NCBI GenBank assembly: GCA_963744645.1
Contig: CAVUUN010000021.1
Coordinates: 2,122 to 66,121, forward strand
Direction of reading: 5' to 3'
Source: an uncultured Acidobacteriota bacterium
GTDB lineage: Bacteria > Acidobacteriota > UBA6911 > RPQK01
DNA length: 64,000 bases
Position numbers and translations under genes: made by a program. Positions 1 to 8,646 of this stretch are shown piece after piece; the first letter of the stretch is position 1; every line of letters starts with the position of its first letter. A model generated the notes under the pieces. The model did no database searches and had not been told where the DNA came from. It saw only the letters and a list, made by a program, of their open reading frames with translations.

Positions 1-475
1 TCAGCAATTCGGGATCGTTGATGAGCGCCTGCGCGATCCCCAGGCGCTGCTTCATGCCGCCGGAGAAGCCTCCCACCGGCCGATCCGCGGCCGTGTGTAG
101 ATTTACAGATTCGAGTTTTTCCCGAATGCGGCTCGGCCGATACACGCCCTTCAGACTGGCGAAGTACGAGAGGAATTCGTAGGCGGTGAGGTTGTCGTAG
201 ACTCCGAAGTCCTGCGGGAGGTATCCGAGCTTTTGGCGCAACGCATCCGGCTGGCGCGCGATGTCCGAGCCACGGAACAGGATGCGGCCGGAGGTTGGAG
301 CGCTGATCGTCGCAATCATCTGCATCAGGGTTGTCTTGCCGGCCCCGTTTGGCCCGAGCAAGCCCATGACTCCCCCGTGGATGTCGAGTGAAAGGTCCTT
401 GATTCCCCAAGTGCCCGACCGGAACTGCTTGGAGACTCCCTGGATGCTCAAGATTGGCTCTGGCCGATCGTTCAT
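1..475 (-). CDS. ABC transporter ATP-binding protein (5' part; runs off the window edge)
   Basis: Manual minus-strand translation MNDRPEPILSIQGVSKQF...GLLGPNGAGKTTLMQMI (Walker A) and ...GGFSGGMKQRLGIAQALINDPELL (signature motif). Absent from the ORF track because it has no stop in the window. Confidence 0.9.
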   Translation of the reverse strand, partial: MNDRPEPILSIQGVSKQFRSGTWGIKDLSLDIHGGVMGLLGPNGAGKTTLMQMIATISAPTSGRILFRGSDIARQPDALRQKLGYLPQDFGVYDNLTAYEFLSYFASLKGVYRPSRIREKLESVNLHTAADRPVGGFSGGMKQRLGIAQALINDPELL

Positions 476-600
476 CGTGTCATGGCCCTCCACGTCCCTG
501 CTGACGAGTTTTGGCATCGTAATCGGAGTCCAGGTCTTTCGCAAGGAGGAGTTATTGGAGGAAAGCTTGCGGAGCGGCTTTGTCGCCCGGTGACCGCTCG

Positions 601-609
601 TGCTAAACT
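601..609 (+). promoter_or_regulatory. Possible extended -10 (TG-n-TAAACT) of the tRNA-Pro promoter
   Basis: TGCTAAACT lies about 20 nt upstream of the tRNA 5' end; motif match only. Confidence 0.35.
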
Positions 610-629
610 ACGCGCATCACACCGAGAGT

Positions 630-706
630 CGGGGCATGGCGCAGCCTGGTAGCGCACCTGCTTTGGGAGCAGGGAGTCGGGGGTTCAAATCCCTCTGCCC
701 CGACCA
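630..706 (+). tRNA. tRNA-Pro (anticodon TGG), CCA encoded
   Basis: 77-nt cloverleaf: acceptor CGGGGCA/TGCCCCG, anticodon arm CCTGC-TTTGGGA-GCAGG, T-loop GGTTCAAATCC, 3' ACCA. Confidence 0.97.
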
Positions 707-975
707 GCTTAAAGCACTTGATTTTCAAACACTTCCTCCGTTTGCATCTCACCCGCCGAACAGGCGTCGAAAACGCTCTGTAGATAAATCTGTAGTGAGT
801 CAGATCCCAAAACAGCGAGGCTGAACGTCTCGGACGCGCCCGAAACAAGCTTCGCAGAGAGGCAACATGCTGTTTTTATAGGGGTTACAGAAGTGGCGCG
901 TTCGCGGCCTCTCGCCCGCAGTCCCTAGACGCCCTGCACAGAAGGCAGGCGTGCGGCGCGGATAAACAGATGTGG
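707..975 (+). repeat. Post-att leader, copy 1 (diverged homologue of 4871-5140)
   Basis: Shared blocks in the same order: TGTAGATAA-T-TGTAG, CTGTTTTTATAG, GGCGCGTTCGCGGCCT-TCGCCCGCA, AGACGCCCT. Confidence 0.8.
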
Positions 976-1043
976 ATGCGTCTGAAGCGCATCCGCAACG
1001 TCCGCACAATGGCGTACAATGTGCCTTGAGGAGGGCCGCTAGA

Positions 1044-2185
1044 GTGCGTGTCAATGTCAGGCCGGCACTGCTCCGCTGGGCACGTGCACGAGCCGACTTG
1101 GATGCCGACATGTTGATTCCCCGTTTCCCCAAGCTCTATGCCTGGGAGAGCGGAGAGGCGCGCCCACGTTGCGACAACTCGAAAGTTTTGCCGCAGCAAC
1201 TCACACCCCGATCGGTTACCTCTTCCTCCCGGCCCCGCCCACTGAACGAATCCCGATCCCCGATTTCCGTACGGCCGCACACCGGCGGCACCGACATCCC
1301 AGCCCGGACCTGCTTGACACTATTTACCTCTGTCAACAGCGCCAGGACTGGTACCGCGATTTTGCGCGGACCACGAGGGAACGATCGTTGCCGTTTGTCG
1401 GTTCCGCGGGACCGAGCGACCGAGTTGTGGAAACTGCAGCCCACATACGACGGGCGCTCGGGTTCGATATCGAAGAGCGACGCCAACTACCGACCTGGAC
1501 GGACGCTTTGCGGCGCTTCATCGGCCAGGCGGACGCTCTCGGGATACTGGTCATGGTGAGTGGAGTAGTAGGCAGTAACAACCGGCGCAAGCTCGACCCA
1601 CAAGAATTTCGGGGTTTCGCTCTATCCGACGATCTAGCCCCTTAGTGTTTGTCAACGGCGCCGACACCAAGGCTGCGCAGATGTTCACTTTGGCGCACGA
1701 AATGGCCCATATCTGGCTGGGCCAATCGGCAGTTTCTGATGCAGAGCCCAGCGAAACTCCCAGCCACAATATCGAGCGGTGGGCGGATCAGGTCGCAGCC
1801 GAGTTGCTGGTTCCGATCAATATTTTCCGAGCGCGAATATCAACCGGTCGCCAACCTAAGAGCGGATCTCGATCGTCTCGCACGAAGATTCAAAGTGAGC
1901 ACCCTCGTCATCCTCCGGCGGATGCATGACGTGGGCGGGCTAGAAGGCGATGACTATTGGGCGGCTTACCAGGCAGAGCTGGAACGGTTGCAGGCGCTTC
2001 CGCGAGGCAGTGGCGGCGACTTCTACCTGACACTCGGCGCAAGAGCCAGCAAACGATTTGCACGGGCGCTGGTCATAAGCACTTTGGAAGGAAGGTCTTC
2101 GTTCACCGAGGCGTTTCGATTACTCGGGTTCAAGAAGATGACCACATTTCGGGAGTTGGGACAGAACCTCGGGTTGATGGTCTGA
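1044..2185 (+). CDS. XRE-HTH plus ImmA/IrrE (peptidase M78) protein, antitoxin-like; about 3 frameshifts
   Basis: Stitched from ORFs 972-1559, 1169-1645, 1645-1929 and 1649-2185: PALLRWARAR...PIPDFRT...TLAHEMAHIWL (HExxH)...ARRFKVS...EAFRLLG. GTG start follows GAGGAGG. Confidence 0.85.
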
Positions 2186-2678
2186 TGCCCTACCTGATCG
2201 ATGCGAATGTTTTCATAGCGGCGAAGAACCTGCACTATGGATTGGATTTTGTCCCGCTTTTTGGGACTGGTTGGTTCAGCAGAACCGACGCGGGACCGTC
2301 TTCAGCATTGAGAGAGTCGGCGACGAAGTACTGGCGTTGGCCGACGAGTTGTCGCAATGGGCGCAGGCCCGAGGTGATGCGTTCTTTCTTCGACCGGACG
2401 CTTCAATACTCCCATCTTTAGCAACGGTCAGCCACTGGGCAACGGGTCAAAACTACGAACCTGCCGCGGTCAGCACCTTTCTTCAGGTCGCCGATTATTA
2501 CCTGGTGGCTCAAGCTCACGCCGGACGTCATACGGTCGTGACACACGAAATTCCGTCTGGCTCCCAACGGAGAATCAAGATTCCCGACGCGTGTATTGGC
2601 CTCGGGATCAGGTGCATCACACCGTTTGAGATGCTGCGGGGTGAACGGGCGCGTTTTGTCCTTGGTACGAGGCCCTGA
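2185..2678 (+). CDS. DUF4411 family PIN-like protein, putative toxin; frameshift near 2250
   Basis: MPYLIDANVFIAAKNLHYGLDF...SIERVGDE...ADYYLVAQA...VVTHE...IKIPDAC; TGATG stop/start overlap with the upstream gene. Confidence 0.85.
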
Positions 2679-2741
2679 CTGCTGCCTTGCGGGTCGGTCA
2701 CGTCGTCAGCCTTCATTAATACAATGATTTGCGTGGCCCTC

Positions 2742-4683
2742 ATGGATGCTTTAGCGGCAGTGCAGAAGCCTCTCTCCAAGCTCCTCCTACTCCTCAAGAC
2801 TTCGTCAGCAAATCGGAGGACGCGAGTCGGTGCTTGGTTCAGCAGAAGGTCGAAGTCGGCGCAAAGGCGCTATCGCAGACTGGTCTGGGAGCTTCGGCGG
2901 CGGCGGATTCGGCCGCGAGCTAGGCAATTCCTGATCAGGAACTGGGGCTTCTTAATGTTCAGATATTAGTTCTGGTGCTCTGGCGGGCACCGTCTTGCCC
3001 AATCTACTGGGGATAAGCTTTGAGACGGCGATTGTCTTGTTGCCGACGGTGGCAGGGATCATTGCCGGTTTGCTCGGGATCTTAATTGCCATCTTGATTC
3101 TGGCTTTCGAACGGGCCTCATCGACCTTCCCCACCTATTCAGTCCGGATTATTTTCCGGAACCCTTATTCCGCCCGAATACTGACCCTCTCGGTTCTTTC
3201 GCTTTCATTTCTCTTGGCACGATTGGACCAATGCGAACACCGCTTGATCCTGCAAGTGTTTCGCGCTGCCAAGTGGCCTTGGCCTATTTTGCCTTTTCCT
3301 ATTATTCTTCATTTACTACCTGTGGGCACTGTTACCCGAGCCAGCGTGCACACCTATATAGTAGAGCTGGTACGCCAAATCCCGTGGGGCGAACCCGAGT
3401 TGTTTACCCTCCGAAGAACGCCCGGACCGCCCGAAGAATGGGAGCTGGCACGGAGCCAGCCGTCGCGGGTTCTTGTGGAGGCTGGCATTCGCTCCATCCG
3501 CCAACAGGATCACTTGACGGCTCGCCACATCCTGTTAACGCTGAAGACCCAACTCTTGGACCATCTGAGGCATTTTCCGGACGCCGACGCCCGGGCCCGG
3601 ATCAACGCTTATTTGTTCGCGTGGCAAAACCGATGGCAAAAAGAAGCTAGGCGAGCCGACGGCGTGGGAGTGCTGTACTCAGCTACTTGACGGACATCGG
3701 CGATGTGTACGAGGCAACTGCTTCTCTGAGATCGAGTCGGGGCGGCCCTCATTGAGTTCAATGAATTCGTCAAGGAGGAATTGGAAGCGCTCGTTGAGAC
3801 GAAGACCAGTTCAAGCAGCCCTAGAGGCGGGGATAAGAACGTGGAACGGGCGGCGGAGAAAAACTTGACTCTCAACGTCCCTCCAGAAGACGAACTGGTG
3901 AGTCCTGCAGCATCAGTGGGGCAAGAAGCCGACGAATAAGGATTCGAACCCCGATGCTGACTTCGATGGATGCAGCTTACGAGAGCTACCTCGATATTTA
4001 CCTGCATCGCTCGGCGCGCGATCAAAACGAACCGCGAATCTGTCGTGTCGACGTGTCCGCTTCTCGCCCTGTCCCACATCGCTTCTCTGGCAGCCACAGC
4101 TCAACATCTTCAGGAAACTCCAGAAGAAAGACGTGCTTTGGAAGAGTGTACTCGCTGCAAGCCTTGTTATGGCAAGAAGCGGCGGATTTGAACTTCTCGC
4201 TCGGCTACTTCGCCTTCAATTGGATTTTCATCATCGATTTAATTCAAGCAGGGCAAAGCGATAGTCGAATTTCCTGAAACGCTCTAGGGCTGCACTGCAG
4301 TCTCTGGCGGGTAAGGGGAAACTCCGACCAGGCGACCATCAACGAACTGGGAACCATCGGCCGGTCTTGCGCGAGTATTGACAGCCCGCTTTCGACTGCC
4401 GTGATCAAGTACGTATTCGAGGTCTTCGACAGTATTCGGCTAACACTTGAGCCTCAGCTGGAAACCCGGAGTGCGTTGGCCTATATCGAGGTCAGAGAGC
4501 AGGCGAAAATCGGTCCGTAAGTGGCTGGAAGACAGTCGACCGCCAAGAGACGACCTGGAAGATCTAACGGAAAAAGGAGGCAGTACGTCGCACGATTCCG
4601 GGGCTGTGGATGAAAGCGCACTGCAACCGCCCCCAAGTATCCGACTCCAGGTTCCAGACAAGGCTGCGGCTGGCTCTCCCTGA
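2742..4683 (+). CDS. Hypothetical membrane protein with DUF2254-like N-terminal TM region; several frameshifts, ends approximate
   Basis: TVAGIIAGLLGILIAILILAFERASSTFPTYSVRIIFRN resembles the DUF2254 TM motif; coding-like fragments continue (2995-3690, 3954-4277, 4447-4683). Confidence 0.5.
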
Positions 4684-4695
4684 GGCTCTCGAAGC

Positions 4696-4802
4696 TGTAG
4701 ATAATTTTGTAGTGAGTCAAATCCCGAAAGCTCAACAAAGCTCAATAAGTTTCAACAAGCTGGCTGTAAGTGCTTGAAAAATAAAACCTGATTTTTCAAG
4801 CA
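4696..4802. promoter_or_regulatory. att-flanking arm region: TGTAGATAATTTTGTAG motif, AAGCTCAA repeats and TGCTTGAAAA/TTTTCAAGCA inverted repeat
   Basis: The 17-mer occurs at 779-795, 4696-4712 and 4944-4960; the inverted repeat lies just before the att core. The integrase arm-site role is inferred. Confidence 0.55.
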
Positions 4803-4821
4803 TTTAGCCGCTTCCGGGTTT

Positions 4822-4870
4822 CTGCTTTGGGAGCAGGGAGTCGGGGGTTCAAATCCCTCTGCCCCGACCA
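4822..4870 (+). repeat. 49-bp direct repeat of the tRNA-Pro 3' part (attR-like core; partner 658-706)
   Basis: CTGCTTTGGGAGCAGGGAGTCGGGGGTTCAAATCCCTCTGCCCCGACCA is identical at 658-706 and 4822-4870. Confidence 0.95.
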
Positions 4871-5140
4871 AATCACACCGCTTGATGTTCAACCACTTCC
4901 AGCGATTATGCTGCGCCCGCCGACAGGTGTCAAAACGAGCGATTGTAGATAATTTTGTAGGTAGGCAAATCCAAAACTGACCAGGTTGGGCATCTCCGGC
5001 GCGCGTCCGAAGCAACCATCGGAGAGAGTCAACATCCTGTTTTTATAGCAGTTAACGGGCTGGCGCGTTCGCGGCCTGTCGCCCGCAATTCTCAGACGCC
5101 CTTCACAAAAGACAGGAGCGCGGCGACATGGTAAACGGTT
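4871..5140 (+). repeat. Post-att leader, copy 2 (diverged homologue of 707-975)
   Basis: Same ordered blocks as copy 1, directly after the second att core. Confidence 0.8.
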
Positions 5141-5173
5141 TGTGCCAGCGTCCGACCGAAGCCTGGTCAGCTG

Positions 5174-7892
5174 TTACTCATCTCTGAGCACGACGTTCGG
5201 GTCCAGCCGCGATGCGCGCCACGCCGGCAGCCAACTGGCGACCACCGCCACGGCCGTAATCGTCGCGATCACAAAGGCGATCGTCACGGTATCTGTCGGT
5301 TGCACACCAAACAGCAGGGACGCAATCAGCCGATTTACGGCAAGCGCGCCTGCAAGGCCAATGGTGACACCCATCGCCGTGACCTGAAGCCCTTGCTTCA
5401 TGATCTGTGTGAGCACGTGGGAGCGAGCTGCACCGAGGGCGACCCGAATGCCGATCTCGCGCCGGCGCTCCGTCACCATGTAGGAGAGCACACCGTAAGT
5501 GCCGATGGCTGCCAGTAGCAGCGCCAGTCCGGCAAAAGCGCCCAATAGCTGCGCCAGGAGTCTCGGCCGGCGAATCGATTCGGCGAACACCGAATCCATG
5601 TCGCGAAGCCGCACGACGGGAACCGCGGCGTCCACTTCCCGAACCACTCGCTCGATCGTCCCTGACAGCGCGGCCGGTGGCAGCGTCGTCCGCATCACCA
5701 CATTCATACTCGGCGGAGAGACGCCGTGCTGGTCAAGGGATACGTAAAGTTCAGTTCCTGCCGGGCGCTCCACCCCGCGCTGCCTGACGTCCTTGGCTAC
5801 TCCGATCACCGTATGCCAGACATCATCGGTAGCGCCAAACGAACCACCCGGAGGCCGCAGACGCTGGCCAATCGGGTTCTGCCCCTTCCAGATCCTTTTC
5901 GCCAAAGTCTCATTGACGATGGCCACCTTGCCTTGCGACGCGTTGTCGGTTCGCTCGAAGCCGCGGCCGGCGACGATCGGGATGCCCATCGTCCCGAAAT
6001 AGTCGCCCATGACGAATTGGTAGTAGTCGATGATTTCAAAGGGCCTTCCATCGTCGGAGGTGTAGTTCTCGATAGGAGTAGCGATCGCATCTGGAGTTCG
6101 ATTCGGCGGCAGACCCGACATGGCAACCGTTCCCAGCACGCCCGGTACGGAGCGAAGCCTGTCGAGGACGCGCTGATATGCCTGCGCGCGTGTGTCGGGA
6201 TCTGAATTCGCCATTGGCAATGTCATCGAGAACGTCACCAGCCGCGACCGGTCAAATCCTGCATCGATCCTCGTGAGGTTGTAGACTGTCTGAACTAGCA
6301 AACCCGCTCCGATAACCAGCATCACCGCGAAAGCGACTTGGGCTATCACAAGTCCACGACGGGCGTAATGACGCCAGGCGCCGCTGGCACCCCTTCCGCC
6401 CTCCTTGAGTGCAGTCGCCATGCTACTCGTTCTCCCGCGCCCGAGCGACACGAACCCGAAAAGCAGGGCCGTCCCAGTCGAGAGGCCGAGCGCAACCAGC
6501 AGAACGGGCAAATCGATCGTAAGCTCACTCGTCCGTGGGATGCTAGTCGGGTAAGCACGGATCAGCGCCCGCACGCCAGCGCTGGCTAGCCACAGACCCA
6601 GAATGCCACCGGCTCCGGACATCACCGCACCTTCGGTTACCGCCTGCCGGAGCAGCCGGCCGCGGCTGGCGCCGAGAGCAGTGCGCAGTACAAACTCACG
6701 TCTGCGTGACCCGGCGCGAGCCATCACCAAGTTTGCAAGATTCGCGCAGACGATGAGCAGCACGAATCCCACGGCGGCCTGCAGAACCCAGATCGGCCGG
6801 CTGGAACTCCCAACGATCGCGTCCTGTAACGCCCGCAATTGGAGGGTGTGGTCTATTGCGCGCACGGGACGGTTCGTGGGGACATGGTCTTTCGTGCCGA
6901 CACGCTCGCCCCAGTCTTCGACGAATGCGTTCAGCTCCGTCTGTGCCGCCTCGAAGGTGACGCCGTCTTTCAGTCGCGCAACGACGTATAGGACGTGGGC
7001 CTCGCGTTGCCGGGCCGTATTCGGGTGGAGCCAGAGGGGCAACCAAACCTGGGTGTGGTTATCCATGACGTCGGCCCCGGGTGGCATAATGCCAACGATT
7101 TCGTGGGGGCGGCCCTCGATTTCCACCTTTTGTCCAACGAGCGGTCGTCCTCCAAATGCCGTTCGCCACAATTCGTGCGAGAGAATTGCGATCGGTGGCG
7201 GTAGCGTCCCGGTCCAACGCGCGGTTTCTTCGTCACTGAAGAACCGTCCCTGCTCCGGCTGAATACTGAGCGCCTTGAGCAAATGTGCATCGACGGAGAT
7301 CGAGCGCACCCGCAGAGGTCGATCCCCGGCCGTGAGGTTGACCTCGCCGGTTGTGTACGCCGCGCCGCCGGTCGAATAAGCGCCAACCGCCGCGAACGAC
7401 TGGTTCATCTGGCGGAACTCCGTGTACTCTGGCGCAGAGAGCGCATTTCGGGTGCCCCCAGTGGCCGGAGATTCTGCGGTCAGATACATCAGCTGATCGG
7501 GTTTTGGATAGTCGAGGGGCCGCAGCAGCACTCCATGCACGATCGTGAAAATGGCAATGTTTGCTCCGATCCCAAGCGCCAGCGTGGCGACGACAACTCC
7601 TGTGAACCCTGGACTCTTCGCTAAAGACCGAATCGTGTAACGTACGTCTTGTACAAGATCCTCGACAAAGTTTACACGGCGCATATCCCGGCACTCCTCC
7701 TTGTATTGCGCGATGCCTCCGATCATGCGCTGCGCGGCCCGGCGGGCCTCCTCGGGCGGCATACCGGATGAAATGTTCTCTTCAATGAGCTGATCCAGGT
7801 GGAAACGAAGTTCGGCTTCGAGCTCGAACTCGACATTCGGACGGCGGCAACAGCGATCGAAGCCGCAAACGGGCTTTGTCTAAAATCCGCAT
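5174..7892 (-). CDS. ABC transporter permease, duplicated MacB/FtsX (acidobacterial ADOP type); frameshift near 7846
   Basis: ELRFHLDQLIEENI..GMPPEEARRAA, TLALGIGANIAIF, RRREF/RRREIGIRVALGA twice, PAWRASRLDP. True start MRILDKARLRL at 7892. Confidence 0.92.
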
Positions 7893-7894
7893 TG

Positions 7895-8225
7895 CTAAGC
7901 CTCCTGGACCACTATGTTGATGGCCGTCGACAGACGAGCCCAGTTTGCCAATTCCCTTTCCAGTTGCTTCCGTCCCGAACGCTGTAAGGGAGTAGAACTT
8001 TGCCATTCGCCCGGTCTCGGTCGGGCGCCACTCGGCCTTGATCCAGGCCTGCTGCTCCAGACGGTGTAGCGCCGGGTACAGGGATCCCTGCTGGACCTGG
8101 AGAGCTTCTTGTGAAACCTGCTGGATGCGCTTGGCGATCGCCCAGCCGTGTTTGGGTTCGAGCGAGATGGTCTTGAGGATCAAGAGATCGAGAGTGCCTT
8201 GGACAAGATCGGTTGGCTTTGCCAT
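7895..8225 (-). CDS. PadR family transcriptional regulator; one frameshift near 7980
   Basis: QGTLDLLILKTISLEPKHGWAIAKRI...GSLYPALHRLEQQAWI...KFYSLT; the corrected frame ends ...INIVVQEA* two bases before the permease start. Confidence 0.92.
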
Positions 8226-8244
8226 ATGCCTAGATTACCAACAA

Positions 8245-8261
8245 TTGTAGACGATCTACAA
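8245..8261. promoter_or_regulatory. Palindrome TTGTAGA-CGA-TCTACAA, candidate PadR operator
   Basis: Perfect 7-bp inverted repeat 20 bp upstream of the padR start; a half-site (CCTAGA) abuts the start codon. Confidence 0.6.
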
Positions 8262-8646
8262 CAAAGAAATCGAGCAACACTCGACAGGGCGGACCCGGAG
8301 TTGGTCGAACACTCTTATCAAGGGCACACGTACCCTGTCGTCCTCCTTGAGATCGGAGTAACTGAACGGCCGTCTTCTCGATGGCTCTGCCAAGCTACAA
8401 CCAAACCAGGAACCTGATGGCAGAGGCGATCGATGCAGCAACCACCAGCGCGGGTGAACTCTATGCCCCAGACACCTATGGCGCCATGATGGCAGGCGCG
8501 GAGGCATGGATAGCCTGCCGATCCTTGTTCATGTCGCTTTATGACGCTATTGAAAAGGCCAAGGAAAGATTCAAGGAAGAGGCTTGGAAACGGAGGAAGC
8601 AGCTGAAAAGCGAAAAGGTCGTTCCAATATCGTTCTCGGCAATGCC

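Larger units (their letters stand above)
707..4870. mobile_element. tRNA-Pro-integrated cassette/genomic islet (~4.1 kb), no integrase visible
   Basis: Bounded by the 49-bp tRNA 3' duplication; carries TA-like and hypothetical membrane genes; no tyrosine or serine recombinase motifs recognised. Confidence 0.8.

Noticed and set aside
800-1132. Small protein encoded antisense in the conserved post-att leader
   Set aside because: The two leader copies keep nucleotide blocks but not a shared open frame with start and stop, so a non-coding role is more parsimonious.
4822-4870. Second tRNA-Pro gene
   Set aside because: Only the anticodon arm to CCA is present; the 5' acceptor strand and D-arm are missing, so it is an att-site duplication.
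8245-8261. TTGTAGA palindrome as a fourth copy of the islet arm motif
   Set aside because: It is an inverted repeat rather than the TGTAG-N7-TGTAG direct repeat, has no att core nearby, and its position fits a padR operator better.
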